Source of the DNA: Balanoglossus misakiensis
Taxonomy: Eukaryota > Animalia > Hemichordata
Direction: 5' to 3'
Length of the DNA stretch: 64,000 nt
Assembly: GCA_040954595.2 (NCBI GenBank)
Contig: CM082578.2
Coordinates: 10,423,166-10,487,165 of the forward strand
Under the pieces are notes generated by a model that was given only the letters and a program-made list of their open reading frames with translations, searched no databases and was not told where the DNA came from. Of the stretch, positions 46,770 through 61,600 are shown piece after piece. A program made the translations under genes and the position numbers. Position 1 is the stretch's first letter. The number at the start of each line of letters is the position of its first letter.

Positions 46770-49700
46770 CGTGGTGTGATAGCAAATACACGCATGAACA
46801 CCGTTATTTTTTGCCACCTGTGGCGCCGTTTATAATATCGCCGTGAGCCATCGAATAACTATCGTCCCTGAATTTACGTATAAATGAAGCACAGTGCGTG
46901 TTCACGTTGTAGAAATATTCCTGATTGAAATGAAGTGTGGAGAACATGCCTCTTGTGTCAAAGTAAATATGCCGATGAATTACAGTAACGACAGAATGAA
47001 AGAAAAGAGATAACCGATTCTTAGGTTATAATACGAGGTTTTTTAAAAATCAATTATCAGTCGTCTGGTTCATTATTTTGATGTGATTCTGTTCCAGGCC
47101 CCTTGTACATCTGAATCCAGCGTTGCAAAGAAAACGATATGCGCCCCCATTGGTTATATCGGTTTATATCGATAATGTGTGGTGTAATGGTTTTGGCTTT
47201 GAAGGTATACATGAGGAAGTGGGAGGAATGGGTGTGTATATGAGTTACATGCAGTTATTTTAGTACTATTCAGGCTTGGCCATTTTACATATCATAAAGG
47301 TCACTATTTTTATACCCTTTAAACCGTCCGCCCATTAATCACCGTCACAAGTCAGTGTGACACGGCTGTTCGCTCAAGCGAGTCAGTGGTAGAGCGATTC
47401 ACACGTTGATGATCGGGTTTTGAGAATAACATTTTTAACGACTGTCCTTCCATCATGCATTCACGTCGACTCTGCCCGTATCGTTGCCTCGTTATTTATA
47501 CAAACTCTTTTGTTTGCTCACCCACCGGCACTCTGTCTCGTTTTGGCTGATTGAACGAAAAGTCGCTGGTACGTATTTCCCAGGGACATGGCAAAATATG
47601 GAGCCACTTGTAGCTGATCGGAAGCTATGAAAATGTAGCGCGGAAACCAATGATACTCCAGGTCATAATTTCGCTCAAAAACCGTCCGCGAATTTCACGA
47701 TACAATAATTCCAGCAAGAATACGGAAACCTTTACCCTTTACAATGTATTAGCTATCTGGACTCGAGATAAAACTGGTACAGATGTATTCAATTTGCTCA
47801 AAAGTCAGATACAAGACTTATTAATAATTTGTCGAATTCGCTTTGACAGAGAATAATATGATCACCGTTGCTACAGCATCGTTGTGATCCGCCCTGGGCA
47901 CAAAGACAGGGTTTTCACATAATTTTTTTTCGAAGTCGTGGCCTCGTTTTAGCGATAACCTAAATTAGATAAGCTAGTTCAGTTCGTACGTATAGTAAGT
48001 TTACCACTGAAATTCAGAGCATATCGTTTAAAACTCCACCCGGTGAGGGGTTTGTTATTTGATCAAGCAAAGTGCTCCTACAGAGCTGTACAATCTGCGT
48101 AATCAAAAGTGTACATATAAATGTGATGAAAGATATAACGGTTTATTTGATATTAAGTGCTATTAATTGTAACGATTTTCATGGTTACATTTATGAAATA
48201 AAGGTATTAAAGCACACGCATCTGTTATATGAAAGGCTTTTCCCCACGAAGAGACGAATTGAAAACAACTTTGGGGGAGTCCAGAATTCAATTCCTATTT
48301 TACATTACTCTATTTTATATCGTGCAGTTTATGTCACAAGCTTTATTTTGTTAATGACTGGAATCTCCTTCCAACAATGTCCGTTGTTGCGTTGATAAAA
48401 TTTATTATTTCTGTCATCCAAGATTGCTTTAACCAGGTGGTTCTTGAATGTAAATTCATACTAGGCTGATAAGACATATATAATTTTCTATGTATAAGGA
48501 CTATAGCGTGGTATCAAAGCGCACAGAATGAATTGACCTGTGTGGGCGAATAGGCCCCTCTAGTCATATACAACTTATAAGAGCAGCTTGCACCAATCGG
48601 CTTTGATGATTATAGCAAGGTTTGACGTCGTACACACTGCACACTGAACAGAATCAGTGCTAGGCTCTCGAATAAAAGAATTAACGCTCCTGTGACAATC
48701 TGTCACAGAAACGTGCCTGTAAACTCCGTTGCCCTGCTTCTTTCAAATGTCATGATGCAATTCGATACAAACATAATGCTAAGTCGATGTTTGCTGTTTG
48801 GCAGAACTAAGTTCAACTCAACAGTTAGCCTACAGTGATTTTCTTTGTCTATTTCGCGGTGTAAAAAAACCTCGATCAACAGATACGATTGGAGAGCGCA
48901 TGTACACTGTGGTATACTAGAATATTGAGAAGCCTTCCTGCTGTGTGCATAGGTAGTGTATATTTAAAGTGTATTGAATTCGCTACCGATCGTTGGTGAC
49001 GTTGCCATGGCTTTGTAAAGATAAGTAGGGCATGAAGGAGCAGTTTCAAAGATGGCTGCGCTTTGAACTCATCCGATCATTTGCGCTTATACCTGGGCGC
49101 TATTTCATATACAGTAAGTTTGACCATGGAATTTATCATGAATGATCACCATGTTTGATCCCTCATAAACCCCTCACCACCACCAACACCAATGACCCAT
49201 TTTTTAAATCTTTTGAATCGGTGCTATGATTACCTTAATCCTTGACTACTAGTATCTTTCATATCCGTCATCGGCACCTTGTAAGTAATCCGGACTTCTG
49301 CCCGTAAACAGCGCCACCCCAATGAAGCAAGCAAAGAATGGAGATTTCCAATCAAATGTGATAAATGAATGCAGCCTTGTTATCACATCCGTGATAAATT
49401 AAAGCAGACTGGATCATTATTCCCCTTAGTGAATTTAATAAATATTGTATTTGTTTCCGACAGAATGTCCTTTTCCCGCGTTGATTTGACGAAATTCGTG
49501 TGCTGGATACGAACCGCTAGATTTCAACGTACTTGGTATTCTTCGCACGTTCCTCCATGGATCATGGGATTAACAACATCGGCGACAACAACAGATGCAG
49601 ACAACAATAGGTGGGAGGCATGCATGCGAATTGGAATCTATCGAGAAGTCTTTCTGCATTGTTAAACTGAGACTACCTTGATGCGAGCCACCGAGGTCAA

Positions 49701-50169
49701 CCACGGTCATTGTGACCGTGATACAACGAAACAGCCAGTGTCTAGCCCTCCTCAGGTCGAGTCACACAGTCCCTTAAGGAAACGGCTTTGAGGACAAATA
49801 TAAATCATATTAATATAAATGGAAATTCATGAAGTGTTTTTCCAAAGTCGACATTTGCGAATTCTTTAAATCCATGAATGGTGACCTGAATTTTGTTATT
49901 TTTTCTTTACTACGTGTATCACAATATTATTCATTTTTGTAAAAGCATCATTGTATATTACCCTGTACAGTGAGAAACTGAATTTAATATGTAGGAAGCG
50001 GATTACTGGCAACAGTGTGTACGTGCACAGACAGCGAACAGACACGTCAGAGGATTTCGTTACAGGCACCAGCACAAACGGCTTGCTGGGTCGAGTTTTG
50101 GTGTCGATGAACAGGCATGATGATGAACAGGCATCGTAATCCAGTTGCTCGTGCATCATAAAACCGGCA

Positions 50170-50870
50170 TGGCTGTGGTGTTGCGTCCTTGAGCAAGGCG
50201 CTTTACTTCTCATTGTAAATCCACAGAAAATGAGAAGTGTTTTTAAAAGTACTGAGATGGCGGCATTGGTGGGGAACGAAACCAAGACGCGGAGATGAAA
50301 TCGCCGTCAAGGAACTTCTGACTGGGTATACACTGAATGAGACGGACCCACAGACGGACCGACTGAACTGGGTAGTCGAGTCTTGGACTAAGTGTGAAAA
50401 TCAGGGTATGTGAACTTCCCATGAGAAGACTCACCGTCGGGATAACACCCTGAAGACGACTTTGACGAGGCTTTACTTATAAAAGCGAAGACGCTAGGAG
50501 AAATATCACATCTACATTTGAGAAGCAAAGCCCATTTAAAGTCTGTCTCGCGGAGTGAATAGCTTAAGCTTATTATAGTTGAAGCATTAGCTGCCCCGCC
50601 TGTTTTGCCGTGCATGTTGTAGGCAGTGTAGGTATACCAACAGCCCCAATAAAAAGCTAAAAGAAGTACTTGTCTGGGATATAGGGAAATATGGCCCGTG
50701 ACCGGTTTAGCTCACCACGGCTGTCGTAAAATACAAGCCTGTTTACGGCAACGGCTGGATGCGTTTGCGAAGTATTGCATGTAAAACTCTGGCTCGCGAA
50801 AATGTTAGTCTCCCGGATGTTCACAGAACATCACGTGCCAATCACCAAGAGGAGGAGGAGGAGGAAGGGA
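50170..50870 (+). mobile_element. Possible degenerate SINE-like repeat
   Basis: GCTGTGGTGTTGCGTCCTTGAGCAAGGCGCTTTAC (~50173-50207) resembles SINE core sequences from recall, and the block ends in an (AGG)n tail near 50850-50866. Boundaries are uncertain. Confidence 0.3.
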
Positions 50871-53800
50871 TGTATAAATGATTGGGCCATCCGCAGACAA
50901 CTATAAAATGACAGCAATCAATCAATCAATCGATCAATCAATCGACCAATCAATCCAAGTTTTCTGCAAATGTTTACTATGGAACTAATTCTGTTATATT
51001 CTTTAAATTTAAATCTCCTTACCAACAGGTCAAGGAAAATGAGAAAATACTTTCGATGAATGATCTATTATGGTGTCATTAGAGGCTTATGTTGTATAAT
51101 AGATCCCATTATTTTAATCTTTGTACTTCAATGTTTGCCATTTTTGCCTCTTTTCCGACGGGGAGCATTAAGTAGCTGGTGAAGGTTTTGGAGATTTTCC
51201 AACGAATGGTGTTTTGGAGAGCCCGACGTTGAAACTGCCAATTAAAAGTGGCAATGTAGTCACGTCTAAAGTTTCATACTAATGCTATATCACGATGCTG
51301 TACTTACTATTACATGAAAGGTGGATGTGCGCTTGTTGGGGGAAATATAAGTGTGCCAATTCCATATTTTGTGCACCCAACGTACGGCTACCCATAATTT
51401 ACGGTTTCCTAAAAAACTGGAGCTGGGAGATCAAAACGCAAAAAAGCTATATGACAAACCAACCCTTCAGAGATAGAAACATATTGCATCCCCGATGACC
51501 ATATTCGTGAAATATTGTAATTGGACAATTTGATCACGCTAGAATTATTTTCTATTTCCGGAAACGGGGAAAAATGCAGTTACAATATAATAGGCAAATG
51601 TCTCTGCTCTTAAACTAACACGAACGAATGAAAATTTTATGAGGCCCAGGGCTCATTAATCAAAAGTAAACACGAACATTTAATTAAAAAATAACTACCA
51701 AAATAGTGTATGCTAACAACAATTTGTGATGGGAATTCATGACACTCATGGAGACACCGCAAAATAGGCAGAGGTCAAAGTTCGTCCACGTCAAGTAAAT
51801 GTTGACTTTACTGCAACAGCAGCAGCAGCAGCAACAAATAATGAAGCAATGACGGTCGCCAAGTAGGGTGGACTATTTTGTAATTGCAGTAACAATTGCT
51901 GTAAACGGACATCTATTATTTCCGTGGTATCATACGTGTGAGTGAATTTACAATAAACAATTAATGCAATTACTGCATGGCCGTTTAGCTCGCTTCCTTA
52001 TAGTCTTCGTACTTGCCTTCTCCCTGCGATCTAATCAGTTCATGAAATATTCACGAATACCTAGGCTAATAAAGGAAGAGATGTAGTCATATGGCGCCGT
52101 GGATGCACGCTCTAATTCTGGCGTTGCTTCACTTTCGAATAATTACTGGTTCCATTGAACGGAGCATGGTCGGTTGGTTCGTCTTTCATCAAGGCGGGTG
52201 ATATTCACATCTAGCCATACGTTGGCGATCGTTGCATGCCTAAAGACCCAGACGGTTGCGTGTTAACCAACTGTTGATAGCACTCGGTGGGAAATCCTTT
52301 GAGATGGCATGCATGATCTGCAATTTTCACATTAGGCCTACACGACACGTGACGATTTGTGATGGCGACGGAAAAGCACAACCTGAACTACCCCTTGTTG
52401 AGACGTTACTCTTTTGTACAGGCACAAATCAAACCAATGAGTCTGAATTTATATAAGCGTTGAATATAAAACACAGAAAACCCATATCAACATGGGGAGT
52501 TTCGGCTCCATGGCATTACATTTATTACGCCCACTTCTAGTCAATTCTGAAATCGGTAGTAATCCATCACGAACTGCTGGATAGCTGTCACTGAAATAAG
52601 GTACTAGTAATTCAATATCCATCCATATGGTATGAATATTTTCTTCGGTCTAATAAAATATGTACCCTTCCGTCAACTCGAATATATTGATCATATCACT
52701 TTGTCATCCTGCATTTATCACTTCAGTCACTGAATCAAGGTTTAGGTTTATACCATTAACGTTGAAAATGAGTTTAGACTGGAAAATAATAATGATATGC
52801 ATCCATCCGACTCTCTCTCACGCATATGCACGCACACACGCATTATTTCTCGGTTTTTTTAAAAAATGTTTAAAACACGTCACTGTGTACATTTCCTATT
52901 AAAATATAAAATCTGATTTAATTCCCGGTCGTAAACTGTTTTCCCCGCTGCTTTCTCGAGAACAATGTCAGCGGTTGTCCAGGTTAATGTTCACGGCATT
53001 CAAACGAAGCGTTTTACTGCCTGCTGCCTGCATTCCGTGCGATCACGACCACGCTGAAAAGGGGTGACGTGGCTATCCAGTTTACCTCCACAGGTACCCG
53101 CAAATGCTTAACGGCATCTGCAATGTAGTTTTGCCAGTATACTTATACTACAGAGGCGGCGTTCATCATTCGCAGGCACCTGTGTTCACCTCAGACTACT
53201 CAGCTGGGCATGCGGTTCACTGAGCATATAGGCCACAAACAAAGCCGCGGACGTGAAAAGGTATTCAAATGAACTCCTTAACCACCGGCCAGGTCACAAC
53301 GATGCACTGAATGAGGGGGTTGAAAAGTTCAATTGGGTCAAGCAACAAGACGTGTGGTAGCCTCTTCCAGAACAGTTTAGGCAGACCAGAGAATGACATA
53401 TATTCGTCTTCAGACTGTTGGTCCCCGTGTGACAGATGTACACAATAAACCAATGCCGTCAAACTGCATCTGTCCGTCTGTCCGTCAACACAGTAATGTG
53501 GAGTTAACAACTTGAAAGCCATTAAACCGAAAAAGAAAGTTTTGTGTAAATATAGAACATGTGGATGGTTAAATACAACTGGGTTATATTTCGTGAGCGA
53601 GACTTCCTCCATTACGATTAATTTGCATAATTAGTTAATCTTAACATATCAACATTTTCAGTGACAATAGTAACGTTCAACTATACATGTATTACACATT
53701 TGGTGGACGGAGCATTCAGAGTTCATTTACATATTTAACTAACTTTTGCGATCAGGCCAATTGACCAAACTTTCATTAAGTTGTCCACAGCAGTAGTAAG

Positions 53801-55642
53801 TTCTCTTGAGAATCATTGGGCGTGGCATGTAGATGGTCATATGCTTACTAGATGAATTATTGCAACTAGGCCAGATAGCGGAAGTGAACAACTGAATTTG
53901 ATCGAACAATTGGAGACGCACTGGGCATAGTAGTATGTATTAAATTTCTTCCGACAGTCTGGATGAATAGCTCATTTGCATATTGAATGATATTTTTGCA
54001 ATTACTAGTATGCCATTACTTAAATTAATTACATGTACATGGAAATTAACCAATTATTGACCATGGTACTAATTAAGTAATTGGAAACGTAGGTAGGCAT
54101 ACCTTTTGCATATTTAATGAATTATAGCAATTAATAGGCCATTAATCAAAATACCTGGACCAAGTTTGATTAATTTATCAGAACTGCTTTGATCCATGCA
54201 TAGTGTTGTTTACCTTTGGTTGGCATGGTGAGGCATCAACATCTCATTTTCAGTCTCCCAGCCAGCAAACTGTCGGTCACGCGAAGCACCACGAACGAGG
54301 TTATTGATAACCACTATTATTACTTTCGCCGACTCGCTAAGTTTTTTGAACCGTCGGTTGGGGCGGGACGTCATTCTCTATTCGCAATTATTCCACGCAA
54401 GGCATCGAATGTAATCACATCCAATATCATGATTGAAATAGGAGTGTTTGACGTAAAATGCGTGAAAAGTAAATGCACGAGCAAAAAAATTAGATCAGCA
54501 TGTTCGGGCCTTTTCACTGCAGCCGTCTAATTAAACCGCAGAACGTCACCAGAATAGTTAATGCACACAGACGCTTGGGGGCAATCCACCTGGTTACCAA
54601 TGGAAACTGACACGTTCAGACAAGTAGGTATAAACAAGAGGATTAATATGAAGCTTCCATTTTCGCAAGAACTTCTCCTCGCGGACGAGGGTACCACAAC
54701 AGGATTGACGAAGAAAGTAGACTTAAAACTCCATTCAATCCCAAATGCCTCAAAGACAGTGTGGATTAAGAAAAAAACCTTGAAGCGATGTACGCTGTGC
54801 GAAATATCTTTACATTTACGGAGCGTGATGCCCTGCTATTCAATTCATCCATTTTTCTACACAGCAGCACACATGAAAGTGAGCCGTTCTTTGAAGAATT
54901 TCGATTCCCTATCCTCGGGGCACTATCGATCGAGAGAGATTAAGCAATGCAAAGAATTAGTTGAGTCAACCCGCGCCGCGGCACGATCTTGAACTGACGC
55001 TAACATTTCAGAAGCAGTGGGAGTGGTTCAATAACACGAGGACATTTAAACATTGGTGGTGACGCAGACAGAGGTTGTCTTATTGATGGGTACGCTGCAG
55101 TCGGTAAATTATGTAAAGTGATACCCGTCCCCGTATTCTCATGCTAAGCACTTGCTATTTGTATTCGCGCGATAAACAGTTATTGTCAACGCATTGTTGT
55201 CCGGCGGCGGGTGACACCACATTACTCTCACTCGCTGACTGAACGCGCACCGACGGTGTAATTAGAAAAGAGCTCAAAATACTTATTTCGCGAGTTCATT
55301 TGCATTCGCGTATCCATCGCGACGAGGACACAGGTGTCAGTTGCGGGTCGCGCCAGTGTACAGTGCACCGTATATTTCCTCTTACCAAGTCATTAGCCAC
55401 AGAGGTATCGGCGTCCCCTTTCAGTGGTATACCACGAGCGTCATCCGGTCGTCCCCCCATACAAGGTTCGACCAGCCCGAATCCTCGGTCTCGGCGAGTC
55501 TATACAACGCAACCGGACCACAGCGGGGTGCAGACAAACACCTGAGGAACACAACGCCAGCATAAAGACCGCGCCGCTGCGCTACGTGACGTGACGTTCT
55601 TGTCGACACCTTAATAACAGCAGTCGGTTGTCGCGAACCACC

Positions 55643-58600
55643 ATGTACGTTTGGCGTCGAAACATTCGCCTCCTCGTGCTGATCATCACACTGAATGTGG
55701 CCGTGGTTCTGTACATATACCACGATGCAAAAGAAAGGTACGCTTGCCAAACTGTAAGGTAAGATCTGCAGTGCTACATTGCAGTGCTCGGTCAAATGTT
55801 TACACATTGAATTATCTGTTGATAGTGAGAGTGTCCCTGTTTGCGGGCCTTTGTCAATACGACCTAATCAATACCGCCGGTAACTGTTGTCGCCTTTACA
55901 GTGAGAGTAATTCATAGCAGACTGTATTTCTATGGATGGAAAGGGAAGGCCCGAACAAATTTCAAAACATGCGTGTAGTCAGTTGTTACAGCCATGCGAG
56001 ATGGTATTCTCAGTGCCAACTGACATATGGAACGTTAATTGAACAAGGCCTGCAATGATTACCATACCCTGACAAATAAGGGCGTCAGTGTTCACACACA
56101 AGTACATGTATACTGTATAGGATAGGAGTAAAAGAGTCGCTCAAAGACAAACGGAAGCGGAAATATCGAGCGATCTCTCTCGGTTACGCCTCAGAACTCC
56201 GGTAGAAAAAAAATATAACGAGGATGTTGTCACTCGTGACTGTGATATAAATACACCAATCCACGCAGTTGTCCGAGTCGATGATCTATGTAACTGTCTA
56301 TATGCCCAGGGTCCTTCGAAAAATTGGAAGATATCAACAGCGATTGAATAATTGTGTGTTTAAACCAGATTGTGGCACGTGTGTTTTTGTGACTTTGGAT
56401 ACTTCAGGGCCCTAAGAACAAAATATAACACTATAATATGTGCCGCACGCACGCACGCACACTCATGCACGTGCAGTTTCAGCAACTATAGACATACCAT
56501 GAAATTGATTTCAAAGGAACACCGAGGAAATCATTGTTTTCGTGAAAAGAAAGAGTTTTTAATCTGTCAAAAAAAATTCACGGCCATAGTTGTAATATAA
56601 AGTCAAAAACCCGAATTTGCTGTATGGAAATGGCATTTGCATCTATAAACTGAACTGTCGCATCATTATTGAATTGTTGAAATTATTATGACTGCACGTA
56701 CTTAACCTGTACTATCTGGTCACTTTTTCCCATGCGAAGGCCATGAACTACCTTTAGAGTTAGTTACATTTACTTTCAATTGCTATTTCAAACTTCAACA
56801 CAGTGCAATTGTTTTTCTGGGATACTTAGTTTGCCATGGCAACTCGCGCCTTTCACTAACACAATGGATGTAAAGTGGGGGGGGGGGGAGACAATGCAAG
56901 TGAATTTAGTCGGTGTTGTTAGTTTAAAATGTAATTCGAAAAGAAATAAATGTTAAATAAATCTGTCAAATTTTCAACAAAATTATAACCACATGTAGTA
57001 ATGTATGTTCACACGTGCACAAACATCCGATGGAATTCTGTTCTGGCAAAACTGCCCAGAAGCTATTTTGATATACGGATCCAGTGGTGCACCAATATTG
57101 TTCAGTACCACTGTTCGTAAATTTTCTATGCATGTTAAAAAATACAGACGAGACTCTTTTTCCCGCCATTGATAATTGCCATCACGCGTACCAGGGAGTC
57201 CGGCTGCAGTGCGCATTCACTGGACCTATTTCTGTAGCCTACCAGGAACTTTTTGCTTCTAAATATACTCCATAATGGATCGTTTTTTCGATTGCTTTCA
57301 AATGGTGAGCGAATGCAAACAAGTATATATTTTTCATCGTTCAACGTGTTCACTGCACGTACATCTCATACCGGGTGGGGTGGTGGTGGTGGTGATGGAG
57401 GGTACTGGCACGTCTTCTCTGAAACCAAAAAGTTCAGCCCGTCTTTGTCCCCGTGATCTTTAATAAGTTGAAGTGATCAGAAAAAAAGAATGGACAAAAG
57501 ACACTTGCCCTGGCTGAATGATATATATTTTTGAGCTGATATGACTTATGGCCTTCCGGTCCACGTGCTCCGTGACGAATCATGCGTTTGATAGGATGAC
57601 GTTTTTTTTCGACAAACCGATGGCTGGGTCGTGGCAAAGCCTCAATACTGAGCTGTTTTATTGCATTGCACTCAATTCAGACGAACAGGCCACTGTATTT
57701 CAACGGCATATCCCCTTCGTATCGATCATATAAAGATATTTGTTATCAATCGACAGCATATAACGGTAAATTGTACTTTTCTCTCATCCATGAGCAGACC
57801 AACCGACCTTTAAAGTGACCCAGAAAAATGAGACTAATTTAATTCCGGTTGTTGGGTCACACCTGTATACGCGACACATTTGCAGCTCTCCGGCAACAGA
57901 CGGTTCGTTATTAATAATAAAAAAATATAGTAAAACAATACATCAGCGCATTATGCTGAAAGCCTCTATGCGCTTTATAAAAACATTTTAAAAGCCAGTA
58001 TAAAATAACACGCAGTGAAAAATCGATAAAAAAAAGACAGTTTTAAGTTGAGTGTTAAAAGATCCACTTGAATTGAAGTAGCGGATCTAATATAAAAATG
58101 AACAGAGTTCATAAATTTTGGACCTATAATTATAAGTTGCAAAACGTGGGACAATCAATGTAATATCGTGGCTGGAACGCAGCTTACGTGATATATTTTT
58201 CAAAGACAAAAAATTAAGATAGAGATATACGATGGACATGAATTTTGTAGTCTATGGGATTCTTCGCGCGCGGGAAACTAATGTAAAAAAAATCTCCTTC
58301 GAGCCGGATTCGAACCAGCGACCTAAGGATGACTATGCACCATTGCCTCTACAGTCCTCCGCTCTACCAACTGAGCTATCGAAGGATTCCTGATATTGTG
58401 AAAAACAGAAATCAAATTCTAGTTATGACATGAAATTAACAAAATGACGTTGGATGTTTTTAAAGTGTGTCGCTCACTGAAACAGGCCAATCAAGAATTA
58501 TCAAAGCTTCGCATGCATACCAATGTTGGCCATAGAGGGCATACTTTGACTAAGAAGTTCAGGTCGGTCGAATTGCTATTTCATTCTAATGTCGGAGTCA

Positions 58601-61600
58601 AAACTTTAAAAAAAAAGTTTGTACGCTAAGTTTAAATACCGAGTAATCTAAAAAAATCGTGCATATCTAATTTCAAAAGTAGGTGCGATCGCATTCATTT
58701 TTAACCTTGTTTGTTTTCGTGATTAAAATTTTCGGCATGCTTCGCTAGATATTTGACAAACAGTTTAATGTCACACTTTAATGGTTCAAATAGTCATGAT
58801 AGTGAAGCCATAAAATAATTGAAAATTATTGTCACGGCTTCAGATACCATTATTTGGGTTGATTAAATTCTCCTTTACCTAGGAACTCGTGAATCATGCT
58901 TTGAGGTCGTTTTTTGTTAACTAAGAAAGATGCTAAAAATATGAGATATAAAATTACACGTATGGGTTTAACTCAAAATCCGCAATATCACCAATTCACG
59001 GTGGTTTATATCTCAAAACACCAGGATAGAACAATTAAACCTGCAGAATTGGCCCTCACCACGTGCCCGGCGTTCATTGGCTGGCTGTTTTCAAGGTTGC
59101 GTGTGTCACGTGACGTTTATCGCTAAAATTATATATTTTTTCTCACATCTTACCTGGGGCATGTGCCGAGCGAGGGCTTTCGTTTCTTTCACAGACGACA
59201 CAGCCCCCCTCCCCCCGTGTATTGCCCACAGGGCTTTGAAAATAACCGTAGTAAGTATACAACTGAAGGCTGATAGCTCAAATCTAAAATATAACCGAGC
59301 AAGAGAATACGAATGTTTAAAGCTTCGTTCAAGAAGACATTGTTATAACCCTTATGCTTCGAAAGTCCAGCGCCAGAGGGTTCTACAGTTAGGAAAGCAC
59401 ATAGGATCTTGGCTCCGGGGCCGTGGGTCGTATTAAATTCGCCGTGGTGTGCTGCGGCAAAATCCATAAAAAATTTAAAGGGACAAAGTCGCCAGCTTTT
59501 TGACATTATTTCGGTTATTTTAGATGTTTTGATAGGTCTTTTGTGTTGTTCTACTCGCTGTAACATGTTCATTGACCGGTTGTCATGGCTCAAGTCACAA
59601 CCCACAGATGGCTGTATCACATGAATACTTCCACCATTTAATTTTTGGTCTGTACCACAAATTATATTGTTTCGTAGAAGGATTCTCATATTATATCCAT
59701 GTACAGGCCCACGAGCCGCAACTGACTGAGCTCAATCGTCTTCCAATTTCTCAGAAATTCTGAATTCTACTCAATAATTCCTTTGCGGTGGAATGAGAAA
59801 ATGGAACGCAATGCCTGTGGGACTTTCATTGCCTTGTGTTTTGCACATTTGCATGGAGGCGATGGCAGTCGTTCTTTGCCATTTATTTGCTTCAAGTTTC
59901 ACACAGAGTAGCAACCAGTAGTTGATAATACCTGTACACACATCCCTCATCAGGTATGCGTACATGAATTTAGTTTGATAATGCAGCAATTTGCGCAGTT
60001 CATGTGCAGCTCCACTGATCCAATGACAGGAGCTCTCTCTCCCGACCAGAGTCCCGCTAGCAGCTATACATGGCAGACATAGCAATCGTGTGTCATTGAA
60101 GATATAGGTGTGGTGTTGTCAGGCGATTCATTTTTAATGAGCTGACTTTGTTCCGAGCGAATGAACCGCTTCAACCTTTATTACAGGGACTATGCGAGCA
60201 CAAAAATGTTGCCCGACACCACGGCTTATTCATCCCGTCCTCGGTCAGGGCGCGGGCGGTCACTGTCCGGGAAGCGCATTGGTATATTACGTAGTTTGCG
60301 TAACAATGGAGGTGCATTTACCAGTGTGGTGCCGCCATATCGTCGCTTGAATTCCTGAATGTAACGATTGGGTTTCTATGTGAATTTTTGACGCGTAATG
60401 CAATTTGTGGACATGGAGCAATGGTCCACAACTTGATTCTTTCTATCAGGATCTCAACGTCATATTTTAATTGAAATGCCATTGACACCCCGTATAATGA
60501 CTTCATCAAGATTTGAACGGGCACGCAAAAAAAAACGTTCCGTATAAAAGAGAGAAGGTCGCCATCTTTTTGATAGCTATCGTTTTATTTGCTGCCATTT
60601 GTTCATTGGTACACAGGCACCATTCGTCACCATTTCATATTGCACATGTTTTTTGTAAACCTGTGCTCACAGTTACATAGAATTCTAGATTTTGTTCAAT
60701 GCAATTGAAATTTATTATTGATATATAAAAAATAATGCTTTCAGTAAACGCAGTCTACTTAGAAGGTCACTTGATTGATGGAACATTGTTACTTTATTGA
60801 ATGTAACAATGACAACCTGCAGCGTATACGACGAGTGCATGGGGTGTGAACTCAGCCTCTTTCAGTTCATTTTCCAATTGTACGGACATTATGTGGCATG
60901 TGTAGATGTAAAAATGACATTAAATCGTGTTCAAAATAGGCTGCGTCTTTTGTCCCGCTTTTTCATGGACGACATACTTGCAACTGATTTTCTCAACAGA
61001 GAATCGTATGATTTGGCGACTAATGTTATCTTTCGGTTTCACCTACAGATCCCCTGAAGAAAATGGCGACGGAAAGGTGAGAGGAAGCGAGATAATAAGC
61101 GTGAGAACGATGGCGACGAAAACGGCGACAACGGACGACACTGCGAAAAGAGAGGAGGATGAAAAGGTGTACAAAATGCAACTAGGAGCAGTTTTCGACA
61201 AGTTTCCTTGGTTCCAAAGACGCCAGTTCACTCCAAACTACTACCTAAACGAGAGGAACAATAGCGGGGGGTCTCACAGACTGAATGTCCACGATGCCAC
61301 GTATGTATTTGTCCACAATCAAAAATCCGGCGGGACAACGCTGAAGAATTGCATTGATCGAGTTACCACCAAGAAGAAGATGCCGAAATATGTTGGCGTT
61401 TGGGATGAACACGTCGTGGCGTCTGTAATTCGCGAGGTCAAAGCGAAGCGCCCACGGAGCAAGTTTTACGTCAGCGAGAACACTTTCGGACTGTGCGACG
61501 AATTCAACACGCAAAACTGCTCGTACTTCACGCTGATACGGGACCCGTACGAGCGCCTCATATCTTGTCACGAATTCTGCAAACGCGCCCTGGGGGATCC

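Noticed and set aside
47380-47430. tRNA A-box-like TCAGTGGTAGAGCG
   Set aside because: No B box or cloverleaf.
50445-50500. Possible hammerhead ribozyme (CTGAAGA / TGACGA ... GAAG)
   Set aside because: The conserved GAAA core and a consistent three-stem fold could not be assembled by eye.
53615-54215. AT-rich block with several ATTTGCAT octamer-like motifs
   Set aside because: It looks like dispersed repeat sequence; no termini or function could be supported.
60927-61048. N-terminal extensions of the sulfotransferase ORFs in the track (also 45981-46033)
   Set aside because: Intronic read-through upstream of clear splice acceptors; separate signal-anchor exons were found.
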